Shown here one piece after another: positions 1-12,340 of a stretch of DNA of 64,000 bases. The notes beneath the pieces are model-generated. The model did no database searches. It was not told where the DNA came from and worked only from the letters and a program-made list of their open reading frames with translations. This DNA comes from Chiloscyllium plagiosum (lineage: Eukaryota), in contig NC_057759.1 in the NCBI RefSeq assembly GCF_004010195.1, positions 4,866,657 to 4,930,656 on the forward strand, written 5' to 3'. The translations under genes were made by a program, and so were the position numbers. Position 1 is the stretch's first letter. Every line of letters starts with the position of its first letter.

Positions 1-230
1 CCCCTGCAGAGTTAGTTTAAACTCCCCCCAAGAGCACTAGCAAACCTCCCCCCAAGGATACTGGTGCCCCTCAGGTTCAGGTGTAGACCATCCTGTTTAT
101 AGAGGTTCCACCGTCCCCAGAAAGAACCCCAGTTATCCAAAAACCGGAATCCCTCCCTCCTGCACCATCCCTGTAGCCACGCATTTAAGTGTTCTCTTTC
201 CCTATTCCTCGAATCTCTATCACGTGGCGC
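1..230 (-). mobile_element. CR1 LINE ORF1 3' end / ORF1-ORF2 junction fragment
   Basis: Reverse complement (...ggtttgctagtgctcttgggggagtttaaactaactctgcagggg) matches the sequence just upstream of the CR1 ORF2 at ~54222-54275. Confidence 0.65.
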
Positions 231-286
231 TTTTAAAGGGGGAAAAAACCTACCCAGGTAAGCTTACACTAACTGCTTCCGTGTCT

Positions 287-634
287 CGGCTGCCCCTCTG
301 GTCGTCGTCACTTCCCCCTGGTGCTCCCGCTCTTTCTGTGAAGAGAGAGAAAAAAAACACCGCTGCCCGCTACCGGTAAGCACTTTTAAAACCAAACGGT
401 CTTACCTTCGCTGCTGCTCGCACTGGAAATGACCGACGGCTTCGAAGGGTGAGTATAAATACTCACCGCTTTCCTTCCCGGCTGCCCCTCTGGTCGTCGT
501 CACTTCCCCCTGGTGCTCCCGCTCTTTCTGTGTAGAGAGAGAGTGAAAGAGAAAAAAAAACACCGCTGCCCGCTACCGGTAAGCACTTTTAAAACCAAAC
601 GGTCTGACCTTCGCTGCTGCTCGTACTGGAAATG
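287..634. repeat. Two direct copies of a ~145-155 bp unit (287-431, 479-634), probably CR1 5'-UTR tandem repeats
   Basis: cggctgcccctctggtcgtcgtcacttccccc...ctggaaatg occurs twice, near-identical; adjoins the CR1 ORF1 fragment. Confidence 0.7.
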
Positions 635-635
635 C

Positions 636-2130
636 CAGATAAACGTGAGGTGATTCACTTTGGGTAGAATAACAGAAAGGAAGAATACTGGGTCAATGAA
701 AAGATTCTTGGTGGTTTGGATGTGGAGAGGGATCTTGGAGTCCATGTACATAGATCCCTGAAAGTTGCTACCCAAGCTGATAGTGCAGTTAAGAAGGCAC
801 ACGGTGTGTTAGGTTTTATTGGTAGAGGGATTGAGGTCTGGAGGCGCAATATCATGCTGCAAGTATACAAAATGCTGGTTGGTCGCACTTGGAATATTGT
901 GTCGCGTTCTCGTTGTCCCATTACAGAAAGGATGATTTACCAGGATGTTGCCTGGTCTGGAGGGAAGTTCTTATGAGTAAAGGCTGAGACACTTGGTTCT
1001 GTTATCATTGGGGATAGGAACATTAAGAAGGAATTTGATTGAGACATACAAGTTGATCAGAGGATTGGATAGGGTAGACAGTGAAAGTCTTTTTCCAGAC
1101 ATGGTGACGTCAGTTCATACAGCATAGGTACAAATTGAGGCGTGATAGATTTAAGACAGATTCAGAGGCAGGTTCTCTATTCAGAGAGTGGTAAGAGTGT
1201 GGAATGCCATGCCTGTCAATGTAGTTACCTCAGCCACATTAGGAACAATTAAACAACCCTTGGATAAGGTAAAAACAATGACTGCAGATGCTGGAAACCA
1301 GGTTCTGGATTAGTGCTGCTGGAAGAGCACAGCAGTTCAGGCAGCATCCAAGGAGCTTTGAAATCGACGTTTCGGGCAAAAGCCCTTCATCAGGAATAAA
1401 GGCAGTGAGCCTGGAGCGTGGAGAGATAAGCTAGAGGAGGATAGGGGGTGGGGAGNNNNNNNNNNNNNNNNNNNNNNNNNNNNNNNNNNNNNNNNNNNNN
1501 NNNNNNNNNNNNNNNNNNNNNNNNNNNNNNNNNNNNNNNNNNNNNNNNNNNNNNNNNNNNNNNNNNNNNNNNNNNNNNNNNNNNNNNNNNNNNNNNNNNN
1601 NNNNNNNNNNNNNNNNNNNNNNNNNNNNNNNNNNNNNATGTAGAGGAGACCACATCGGGAGCAACGGATACAATAAATGATATTAGTGGATGTGCAAGTA
1701 AAACTTTGATGGATGTGGAAGGCTCCTTTAGGGCCTTGGATAGAGGTGAGGGAGGAGGTGTGGGCGCAGGTTTTACAGTTCCTGCGCTGGCAGGGGAAAG
1801 TGCCAGAATGGGAGGGTGGGTTGTAGGGGGGCGTGGATCTGACCAGGTAGTCACGGAGGGAACGCTCTTTGCGGAAGTGGAAAGGGGTGGGGAGGGAAAT
1901 ATATAGGGTCTGGTGGTAGGGTCTGTTTGGAGGTGGCGGAAATGTCGGCGGATGATTTGGTTTATGAGAAGGTTGGTAGGGTGGAAGGTGAGCACCAGGG
2001 GCGTTGCACAAGGATGATGATGGGATCGTGTAGGGGGATGGACTAAGATTAGATCGCAGGTCAGCACAACGTCGAGGGTGAAGGGCCTGTTCTGCACTGT
2101 ATTGTTCTGTATTCTATGTTCTATGTTCAA
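636..2130 (+). mobile_element. CR1 LINE 3' fragment interrupted by a Penelope insertion
   Basis: [15 protein letters not shown]...LGFIGRGIE RT C-terminus; resumes at ~2006 and ends in a (ttctatg)n tail. Confidence 0.85.
1269..2005 (-). mobile_element. Penelope-like (Neptune-type) retroelement 3' part; contains N gap 1456-1637
   Basis: GTFPCQRRNCKTC...NIIYCIRCSRCGLLY GIY-YIG endonuclease start; terminal repeat with hammerhead core. Confidence 0.85.
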
Positions 2131-4441
2131 AGTGAACCAAAGGGTGAGTGAACAGAATATTAAAACAACGCCTCAAAATTGAATACAGGGTGATAATTGA
2201 AGTCAAAGAGCCAACCCAGCAAGAAAATAAACCGAAGCTCTTGGCTATATATTGACCTTTTTTTATATAGCGGTTCATGGGCCAGATGACTCAATAATAT
2301 TGAAGGGTATTTTGCACATACGTTTGTCCTAAAGTTCACGCCTACCCTACCAGAACAAGCTCACATAGTGAAGGCGGAGGGTCTCGGGAAATTTACAATT
2401 TTTAAAATTATTATTCACTCATGGTATGCAGGTACTGCTGGCTGGGCCCAGCAGTTCTCACCAACTCACCCCTAATTGCCCCCTTGAGAAGGTGGTAGTG
2501 AACTGCCTTCTTGAACTGCTGCAATCTTCGTGCTGTAGGTAAGCCACAATGTCGTTTCGAAGAATTTGATCCAATGACACTGTAGGAGCGGTGTTATGTT
2601 TCAAATGCAAGGCACTGAGTGACTCGATGGTGAACTTGCAGAGGGTGGTTGTCCCATATATCTCCAGTCCTTATTCTTCGAAATGAAAATGATTGTGAGT
2701 TTGGAAGATGTTGTTTGGTGAATGTTTGCAGTGCATCTTGTAGGTGGTACACACTGCTGCTACTCAGCATTGGTTGTGGAGGAAGTGTATGCTTGTGGAT
2801 GTCGTGTCAGTAACCAGTCCTGCTTTTTCCCTGGATGGTATTGAGCTTCTCAAATGTTGTTGGGGCTACGGCCATCCAGAAAAATGGGAATATTCCCTCA
2901 CACTCCTGGCTTGTAACTGAGATACTATGAAATCACGATGAATCAATATTGTTCTGTCGTCCTCAGATGGAGCCCAGGGTCTATCCTACAAATCACAATT
3001 TGAGCCATATCCATCGCACACAGCCTCCCTCAGCTATATAGAAAGCCTTTGAATTTCTGCTATTTAATAATAATTCTCAGTGTGCGCCCAAAGACAGGTT
3101 TATACAGTCAAATAACAGATCAGCCATTGAATGCTGGATCAGGCTAAAGGGGCTGTATGACCTCCTTCTGTTTCTTTATACGAATATTCTACATTAATAA
3201 ATCATTGAACCCCCTGCAGTTGCAAAGTGGCATTTGCACACGCCGGAGCAATTCTTGATTTGAAATACAAACTGAAAGTCCAAATATTTTATTTTCAGAC
3301 GTTGCAGATCCCTGCCATCCTCTGTGTGAAAGAATCATCAAATCCCATTTCGAAACCTCTTATGCTCCACTTTAAAATGATGCCTCCTCCTTGCGACTGA
3401 CTCTGTGGATAAGGGGGAATAGCTGTTTCCTGTCCCCCATCCATGTCCCTCCTAATGGAGTCATTAGGTCATACAGAAAGGAAATAAACCCATAGTCTCG
3501 AACTATAGTTGCCCCACTTGCTTGCACTTGACCCATATCTCTCTTACTCAAGCGTCTTTTAAATGTTGTAACTCTTTCTGTAACACCACTTCATCTGGAA
3601 GTACATTCCACATGTGAACCACCCTCCATTTAATAAAAACGTTGCCCCTCATGTCATTTTTAAAAGAATAGATTCTCCTCTCACATGAAAAAGATGTCCT
3701 CTGTTCTTGAAGTCCCCCCACATGCCATTCACCCTATTTGTGCACATCGTGATTTTACAAAACTGTATAAGGTCACACCACAACCTCCTACACTGAAGTG
3801 GAAAATGTCGCAAACTACCCAGCTTCTCCTTTTGATTCAAACTTTCCTGGTAAATCTTTTCTGTACCCTCCCCAGCTTAATAATATCTTTCCTGGAATAA
3901 GGCAAACAGAACTGTACATGGTACTCTAATAGTGGCTCATCGATGTCCTGTCCTACTTCAATATGACGTACCAACTCCAATATTCAATAGTTTGAGCAAT
4001 GAAGGAAAGCGTGCTAAACTCCTTCCCAAATACCCTGTCTCCCTGTGACACAATTCCAGAGAATTATGTACCTGAACCCCTAGGTCTGTCTACTGGACAA
4101 CACTACCCATTTAATACACCTCTATCATATCCCGCTCCCCATCAACGTTCGCTTTTGTGAAGGAAACAACCCAAACTTCGCTCGATCGCTTACAGAAAGA
4201 GAGTTATTTTTTGTTGATGCTCCCAATCAGACGAATACCAGCATGAACACTGACCAATATGTGACGGTGTTCAATTGTCAGCTCACAGATTCGCATTCAC
4301 CATTCAGTCAACTTGACTCAGTCTCTGCATATTGAAATTTCCTGCAGGTCTATTGTCACTCACACCCTCAGCTCGAATTCCCATCGCCTCACTTGGAATG
4401 AAATATTTCCGGATTAATACCAAACCAAGTTCGAATCATAC

Positions 4442-4522
4442 TTGCAACAACAATTTGCTGCTGTCACCAATGAAAATCCCGGCCAACGAAATCTCTGAGT
4501 GAAGGTCCCAAGGGATTATGTC
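4442..4522 (-). pseudogene. Gene B candidate TM pseudo-exon
   Basis: aattccag|GA ... A|gtatga, 81 nt, phase 1-1, at the expected position after the D8-like exon; hydrophobic blocks are spread over three frames (ISLAGIF / LVTAA / IVVA). Confidence 0.5.
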
Positions 4523-4969
4523 CTGGAATTATCTGGAATGTGGCTCTGAACTTCTATCTTCATAGAATCATAGAATTTTACGTACAGAAGGAGGCCATTC
4601 GTGTCTGCACCAGCATCTGACAAAGCTAACAGCTAGTCTCAGCTAGCCCTATCTCCATAGCCCTCTAGCATCAACCCTTTCAAATTTACATCCAGCTCAT
4701 TTTTGAAACCGCCTGTGGCACCCGTCTCCACCACTCTCCCAGGCAGCACATTCCAAACCCAGCAATCCAACAGTAAACAGTAAAGTTTCTCCTCATCTAA
4801 TTATCTCAATGAAAATATTGAAATTCTGACCCATTAGTCACCTGTTAGTAAGCCAACAGTGGGAAACAGAAAATCTTTCTTTTCCCTATCAGACTTGTTC
4901 ATGACTTTCAACACCTCAATAAGGTCTCTCTAAGCTCTGCCTATATCTAAAACCCCTCAGTTCTGTTGT

Positions 4970-5250
4970 CAGTCTGCGACATCACAACGCCAGGGACCCC
5001 GCCTTGGGCAATTGTTTATGTGCAGTTTCCACATTCTCCTTGTGTCAGCGAGGGTTTCTTCCCACAATCTAAAGATGTGCAGGCCATGTGAATTGTCCAA
5101 ACTGAATTGCCCATAGTGTTAGGTGCATTAGTCAGGGTTATATGTAGGGTAGGGGAAAGTGTCTGGGTGGGTTGCTCTTCGGAAGGGTGGTGTGGACTTG
5201 TTGGGCCGAAGGGCCTGTTTCTGCACTGGAGGGAATCTAATCTAAATCTC
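4970..5250 (+). mobile_element. HE1-type SINE, degraded
   Basis: Body similar to 41396-41712; ends gggccgaagggcctgtt...aatctaatctaaatct. Confidence 0.7.
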
Positions 5251-5909
5251 TTCCATACTCTCTCCAGTATTTGAACATCCTTCCATAAGGAAGGTGTCCA
5301 GAACTGAACAAAACGAGGCTTGGTAACAGAAAGCCAACTACCTTCTTCAAACGTATTTCTAAATTCAGCTTCTGTTGCCTTCAAAAAAAGGTGTCAAATA
5401 AATGACAGATTAAAATACGTATTTCCCACGTTTCTACTGATCATCGTAGTATAATATTCTCCATTCAATACATTTTCGCTCACTAAAATTCATTTCTTTT
5501 CTGCTCTCTGCTTAGTGTTGTGTGTTGGGCTAGCTCAGTTAGCTGTATGGCTGGTTTGGAAAGTAGAGTAACATCTCTCACTGGCAGAGGTTATCATGAA
5601 GGACTGTCCTTCTCCAACTCTCCCCTTGTCTGAGGCATGATAACTCTTAGGTTAAAGCTCCATCTATCAGTTATCTATCTCTCTCTCTCTGTATCTCTCT
5701 CTTCACAGATGCTGCCAGACCTCCTGATGTTCTCCACCACTTTGTTTTATAACCTGTTATCTTAACTCTGCTTCTCTCTCTCTTCCCAGATGCTGTCAGA
5801 CGTGCTGAGTCTCTCCAGCAATTTTTCAGAGTGTTCATGTCAAGTCTTCAGGCGGACATGTGGACCAGAGTGAAGAAGGAGCATGGATCGCAAATGAAGA
5901 ATGAATTAC

Positions 5910-6199
5910 CTGGTTCTGTGATGTCTTCCGAATGACTGGTCACATTAAATATCGTTAGACTGGGACACCATCGATTGCAACACGTTGGTATTGGTATTGG
6001 TGCTGGGAATGGAGCGATTGAATGCCCAGCACTCTCATGTCTGAGCTAGACTTGTAATTCCCGCTGGCATTCTGTTGAAAGTACCATTGAAAGTAGGGTC
6101 CAGTATTTCGGCTCAATACACACTCGAGAACGAAACGACTCCCAATCAGAACCTTCATTTTATTGGCTCTGGGAGTGAGGAAAACCCCAGCAACAGGAA
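5910..6199 (-). pseudogene. Gene B Ig pseudo-exon, D8-like
   Basis: tcttgcag|TT ... G|gtaatt; PVAGVFL...GSRFVLEC...FQWYF...YQRVAI[fs]TIFNVTSHSEDITEP; second Cys replaced by Arg, frameshift; TIFNVTS shared with gene A D8. Confidence 0.85.
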
Positions 6200-6389
6200 C
6201 TGCAAGAAAACAAGACAAAGAGGCAAGAAAGGTTTGGAAGTTCCATTTGTCATTTTTCTGATAGTTACCTCCATTTCTTGTAAAATCTAGGCTTCGAAAG
6301 GTTTGTCTTAACTGTGGCTGGCCAAATGTTATATCATTCAGCCATCGCCCTCTTAAACGTTCTGAAGTGTGACTGTTTCTGTCCACATC

Positions 6390-6550
6390 TCCACTCCAAT
6401 ATCAACATCCTGGGGGCTACCATCACGGACGCCATTCCCACCGCACTATCAACATCCTGGGGGTAACTGTCACTGACCTCCTGCATCCTGGGGGTTAGGA
6501 GCAATGTCTCCACCCCCATCCCACTATCAACATCTTTGGGGTTACCATCA
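6390..6550. repeat. Local multiplication of an (a)catcctgggggt motif, four copies
   Basis: atcaacatcctgggggctacc / atcaacatcctgggggtaac / gcatcctgggggtta / atcaacatctttggggttacc. Confidence 0.6.
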
Positions 6551-7467
6551 GCTTCCAATGGGTCATGCAGCACAGAAGCAGACACTTCAGCCCATTGAGT
6601 CAATGCCAGTCATAAGCAACCATCTGTCTATTCTCTCGTCTGATTTTCCCAGTACTTAAAGTCAAATAGTCCTACAGCATGTAAAAAGGCCCTTGAGCAC
6701 AATGTGACAATTCTGACCAGTCGTCACAAACTGAACCAAATGCCTGCGTTTGGCCCATATCCCTCTAAACGTTTCCTGTCCATGTATCTTTCCAAACATC
6801 TTTTAACGGTTGTAATTGTACCCGCCTCTAGCATTTCCGTTGGCAGCTCATTCCATATACAGATCACTTCCTGTGTGAAAAAGTTATCCCTCAGGTCCCT
6901 TTTAAATCATTCCCCTTAATCATTGCCTTAAAGCAATGCTCTGTAGGTTTGGACTCTCCTGCTCTGGGGAAAAGACCTTGGCTATTCACCCGGTTCTAGC
7001 CGTATTTTTTCCAGGAAAGGGCAAAGTGAGATGCCTAGTAGCCGTTGATCGAATCACAAGTACTCATCTCAACCCTTCTTCAACATAATGAGGGTTTCTG
7101 CCTCACCCAAGCAGTGAGTTCCAGGTTGCGCACCACCCTCTTGGTGAAAATGTTTTCCCTCGCATCCCCCTCTAAACCTCCTGCCCCTTACCTTCAATCT
7201 ATACTCCTCCCCCGGTCATTAATCCCTCCATAAAAGGGGAAGAAGTATATTCTTGTCTACCTATATACACCCCACATTATTTCACGCAATTCAATCGTGC
7301 CCCCGCACTCTCAATCTCCTCTGCTGTCAGGAAAACCGCAGTCTGTCCAATCTGTCTCCATCAATGAAACTCTTCAGCCCCCAAGGCAACATGCCTCTGC
7401 ACGCTCCTCCACTGTTATCACATTGCTCCGATAATGTGGATTTGTACAGAGTTGCTTAGAAACTCAT

Positions 7468-7752
7468 CGATCACCGAAACGGCGAGGAATTTGCTGTTCA
7501 GGAGAGGTTGTTACTCCTGGTTAGAAACAGTGCAGTGATAATTACCCTCTTGGCTTTTGCTAATGTTGATGATTGTGTGTACGGTTCTGCTGTGGTTGGA
7601 GAATTCCCAGTATAATTCCTCGCCATCCTTGCAGAAAATATGTTGAATTGGGGTCAAACCGCTAGTCACGGATCAGTTGAATGCAGTGCTATATCACTCC
7701 ACTACCTCGTTTCCAGGGTGGGCACTCAGCTCTGGGACTGACACAGGGATGC
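7468..7752 (-). pseudogene. Gene B Ig pseudo-exon, D7-like
   Basis: 285 nt, same length as gene A D7; IPVSVPELSAHPGNEVVE*YSTAFN*SVTSGLTPIQHIF...QEGNYHCTVSNQE*QPLLNSKFLAVSVI; three stops; donor mutated to atgagt. Confidence 0.88.
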
Positions 7753-8102
7753 CTGCAATTGAACCAAACTGTTAGGCTCTTTTCTAAGGCAGGAACTGCT
7801 GTTGTGTTCAGCAACAAACAGTACTCCCATCATACAGTCAGAGAGAGACAGAGAGTTACAGAGACACTGAGAAAATTAGATCGAGACAGAGAGTGTCACA
7901 GAGACACAGGGAGAAACAGAAGAGACATAGATCGGGACTGAAGACCGGAATAAATATGTGTTTCACAAATTCAATAGCAAGTAAGAGAGTGTATACTCTG
8001 AAGCACAAAAGCTAAAATTGACAGGATGAGCTGACTAACTCTTACATTTGCAACGCACTGAATGGCAGGAGAATGCATGAATTAAATGGAGATGCAGTTT
8101 AC

Positions 8103-8379
8103 GTTTGATTGAGATGGGAATTATGTTGCTCTTTTTCCTCAGATTATTTTCGTGAGTCGTGTCTTCCCATTTGTAAGTCCCTGAATGGTGCAGTGTTGCT
8201 TCCTCTGTTGTAAAACTGCTCTTCTCTGAAGGAACATTAAGAGATTCCCGTTTTTGTAAAATATGTAAAACAGGGGATGATCATCCTGAAAGGTTTCAAA
8301 CAAGCAGGTGAGCTTAAAGCCTTCTGCAATGAATACTTCCATGTTGGGGTCAGCTTGCAAATTTACTCAGAGCAGAGAC
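8103..8379 (-). pseudogene. Gene B Ig pseudo-exon, D4/D5-like
   Basis: gatgtag|GT ... C|gtaaac; 277 nt; ADPNMEVF..EGFKLTC...YIFYKNG...[fs]HSGTYKWE...LRKKSNIIPISIK; two frameshifts, second Cys replaced by Trp. Confidence 0.8.
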
Positions 8380-8769
8380 CTACATCAGAACAAAAACACT
8401 CAGAGGTATAAACACAATGAACGCTAGAGATCTGAGACAAAACACAAGAAGTGCTGTAGAAACTCAGCAGGTCTGAAAGCATCTGTGGAGTGAGAGGGAG
8501 AAGCAGAGTTAACGTTACAGGTTATAAACACAGAATGTGTCAGAGATACTCAGAAGATCTGGCAGCATCTGTGGAGAGAGGAACAGAATTAGCGTTTTGA
8601 GTCCTTTGTCCCATCTTCGGATTTGCCATCTGATGTCTTTATGAAATTTTTATTGCATGTTTGAAAATCTCTTCGGACAATTGCTGACGATGGTTTTTAA
8701 AGCAACATTGACATCTTTGCCTGTGAGCCATATAGCACAAGTCAGAGTAAGTCAAAAGGGATAACCTAC

Positions 8770-9036
8770 CTTTTACAACAACGCTCACATTGTGTGAGAT
8801 TCATTTCCTGAAACCAAGTTTCTGCTCACATCGATAAGTTGCTCCTTCTGAAAATCTCACCCTTGGTATCGTGTATTCTAGTTCATGTTCTCCTTCAATT
8901 AAGGAATTGTTTCGATACCAAAGGTAAGCGTAATGTCTTTCAGATGCCCAGAAATACTTGAAGCACTTCAGAGCAGATGTTTCACCAAGCAGCAGGGTCC
9001 TTGAATGGACTTGCACAGTCCATGCCACGCTCGAAG
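8770..9036 (-). pseudogene. Gene B Ig pseudo-exon, D2-like
   Basis: ctttaag|CT ... G|gtaggt; 267 nt, same length as gene A D2; ...ATYRCEQKLGFRK*ISHNVSVVVK with TGA where gene A has Trp (YRKWVSNNL). Confidence 0.85.
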
Positions 9037-9689
9037 CTTAAAGACGAAAACATAACTTATACGATCTGACAAGCCTTGTTAGCACTTAGGGAAGTCTTAC
9101 TGTAACTTCACAAGGTGATGCACTTGGAGCACTGGGAGCAGTTTGAATCCCCTTGTTTGAGGAATGATATTATTGCATTGGAGACAGTTCAGATAAAGTT
9201 TACTGGGATGACCTCTGGTAAGGACAAATTGCCTTATAGACCAAAGGCTAAACAGGTTGGTATTCGACTCGCCGAAGTATAGAAGAATGAAAGGTAATTT
9301 CAGTGAAACTATAGGGGTGTAACAGGGGATGTTTCCCCCTCATGGCAGAGTCTAGGGCCAAAGGGCACAGTGTCTGAATAAAGGGGCATTGATTGGAAAG
9401 TGAGATGAGGGCGAATTTCTTCTCTCAGAGAGTTGAGAGTCTTTGGAACTCCTTGCCATCGAGAGCTGAGTGGGGACAGAGTCCTTGTGCAAATTGAAGG
9501 CTGAGACAGATAGATTCTTGATCAGTCGGGGAATCACGAGAAAGAGCAGGAAATGGGACATAAGGAATGTTTGATCAGCCACGATCCCATTGGATGGCAC
9601 ACCAGAATATCAACACGATTGGATAATCTCAGGATGATCAGAACTTCAAGAAGTTATCATCAAATTCGGATCCGAGAATGCTTTACATA

Positions 9690-9990
9690 GTGGGAGGTGA
9701 TAATTGTTAATCCAGTGAACCGGGTTCAAATCCCGCCATAGCAGAAAGTGGAATTTGGAACCAAATAATAAAAATCTTGAATTCAGAGTCTAATGATGCC
9801 TGTAAATTCAGGGGAAAAAAATACCTGGTTCACTAATGTCCTTTAGGGCAGGATATCTGCCAACAGTTCTCAATCTGACCTACATGTGACTCCAGACCCA
9901 CAGCAACATTGTTTTCCTCTGGACAATTAGCGATGGGCAATAGTTGTCGGCCTAGCTAGCATTACCTATAACCCCAAAACACCTAAAAAT
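9690..9990 (+). mobile_element. Old tRNA-headed SINE (SacSINE1/DeuSINE-like)
   Basis: Box-B-like gggttcaaatccc followed by ctggttcactaatgtcctttaggg...cctacatgtgactccagaccc core; related fragments near 33000-33230 and 44340. Confidence 0.5.
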
Positions 9991-11179
9991 TGTAATGGGA
10001 TGGAATATCAAGGCAACAACTTATTCATCAATTATAATACAATGCAAGTGATAATACAGATGTTCTGAAGACTGGCTGGGTAATTTACAGTGAGGGAGAA
10101 GGTGTGAGGTTACAAGTGGATCAGTCAGATGGGCAGATCAATGACAGATGGAGTTGAACACTGGTTAAGTGAAGCGCTTTGGAAGAAGAGATGAGATAAG
10201 GGCGTACTCAGTGATTAGTAGGACACTTGGAAGCACAGGGATCTTGAGGCGTTTGTCCACAGATCTCTGGAGGTGGCAGGACAGTTTAATAGGACGGTTA
10301 AGAAGGCATAGGGGACATTTGCCGTTGTCAGTGAAGATTATAAGAGCTAGGTAGAGTGGGATGGGACTTTGGTGAGGCCACAGCTGAAGCACTGTGTGCA
10401 GTTCCAGTCCCCACACAATAGGAAGGATGTGATTGGACAGGAGAGAGTCCAGACGAGATTCCCCAGGATGCTATCTGATTTGGAGCATTTCAGCGATGAA
10501 GAAAGGCTGAATGAGCTCAAGTTGTTTACTTTGGAACAGAGTAGCCTAAGGAGCGATCTTTTAGAGGTGTGTAAGATTAAGAGTAACATGTCTGGAGGGC
10601 GGGGTAGAGGAAGCAGCTATTTTGCTAACTCGAAGGGTCAATAACAAGTACTGGAAGGCATCGTTTTAAAACGAAAGACAGGAGGTTTAGAGAGGGATTT
10701 GAGGATGGTTTCACACAGAGGTAGGAAAATTTGGATGGCACTACGTGAGAGGGTGAATGATTCGGGAAACCTCTCAATCTTTAAAATGCTCCTCATCATC
10801 CACTTGCAATGTTATAAAATTCAAGATTATTGGCCGAGTGCCGGATAGTGGGAATATTGTAAATAAATCAGTGCAGAGCAGATGGGCTGAAGGATGCCTT
10901 CTGTACTGTATCTGACCAGACTCTATGATACACTCACTAAAGTAAATGAAAAGCTGAATTAATTTTGAAGTGAAATTGGCTCGTTCAATAGGACATCCCC
11001 CTTTCTATTGTAAGTGGGAAGAGTGACCAAACTGTGGGGGATGGTGAGGCTGGTTTGACACTGTTTTCATAATCAGCTGGGTCCTCATCAATGTTTCAGA
11101 TGTGACAGAGCGTATGATGCCGCCCTGTAAAGGACATAATGTGACACAGTGTAGCATAGAAAGGACATGACCCAACGCA

Positions 11180-11775
11180 GGATGAGGCCCAGTGTAGGAT
11201 GTGAGCTCAGTGTAGTGTGAGGTATGGTGTAGTGTGAGGCGCAGTGTAAGGTGAGGCCCAGTATAGGATGCGGCCCAGTTTAGGATGAGGCTCACTTTAG
11301 CGTGTTTCCCAGTTTACAATGGCACCCAGTGTATGATGTTTCTCAGTTTAGAATGGGGCCTAGTGTAGGATAAGACCTAGTTTGGGATGTGGCCTAGCTT
11401 AGGATGAAGCCAGTTTGCAACAAGGCCCAGTGCAGGATGTTTCCAAATCTGCAATATGTCACTGTGTAGGGTGTGGCCTAGTTTAGGATGTGTCATTGTG
11501 TAGGAAACAGCCACGTTTAGAATGTTTCCCAGTTTAGTATGCAGCACAGTTGAGAATGAACAGCAATTTAGGATGATGCACAGTGTAAGATGAGATTTAG
11601 TTTGACATGTGGCTCGGTTTAGGCTGATGCTCAGTTTGGGATGTCACCCAATTTAGTGTGAGGCCCAGTTTAGGATGTTGCCCAGTTTAGGATGAGGTCT
11701 ATTTTGGGATGTGGCCTAGTTTAGTTTGAGGCCCAAGGTGAGATGTGGTCCAATTTATGATGATGCCCAGCCTAG
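11180..11775. repeat. 17-bp minisatellite, consensus about GAGGCCCAGTTTAGGAT, roughly 35 diverged copies
   Basis: Contiguous period-17 units visible directly. Confidence 0.85.
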
Positions 11776-12105
11776 TCAGCAAAATAGGTAAAGCTCTTGG
11801 AGCAAGGAGTCGTGAAACCAGGTCAAAGATCAGTCGTGCAACTGACTGGAAAGTGAGCAGAATCGAGAGGCTGAACAGTCTACTCCTGCTACGATTTATT
11901 CTGGTCCTGATGGTCAACATTAAAATCCGGAGAGCCTGAGAATTCCTTTCCTTGGGAAGTGGGATGGAAAGCCACAATGCCTCGCTGCGCCCCTTGGAAC
12001 ATGATGAATGGAACAGCGTGCAGTACGATATATTGTGTGGTCTCTCTGCAAAAAGGAATGTGGTTCGACACAGAGTACGTATATGATCACTCAACATTTA
12101 CATAC

Positions 12106-12340
12106 CAATGGTCACCACTTCCAGAGGTTCACTTGGTGAAAAAAGGTTCCCAATTTTGGCACAGGTACAAGCCTTCAGTTTTACTTCCACTGAAGTCATA
12201 AGATATAACCTTGTAAAAGTTGTTCTTATATCAGGTAGCCTTTATAAATCTGTTGTTGCATTGACAGTTCAGAGTTAACCACTCCTCTTCTTAGATGACA
12301 CTATCCCTAGAATTAGATTTGACAGCGTCTGCGAATAGGC
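12106..12340 (-). pseudogene. Gene B Ig pseudo-exon, D1-like
   Basis: ttctgcag|GC ... G|gtatgt; reads LFADAVKSNSRDSVI*EEEWLTLNCQCNNRFIKAT*YKNN...SKTEGLYLCQNWEPFF[fs]PSEPLEVVTI; two stops (one replaces the core Trp) and a frameshift. Confidence 0.8.

Noticed and set aside
8801..8803. In-frame TGA in the D2-like exon as selenocysteine or readthrough
   Set aside because: It aligns with a Trp (TGG) in gene A, and neighbouring exons carry many independent lesions, so it is simple pseudogene decay.
11180..11775. Regularly spaced repeats as a CRISPR array
   Set aside because: Units are contiguous diverged 17-mers with no unique spacers, no cas genes, and the context is vertebrate.
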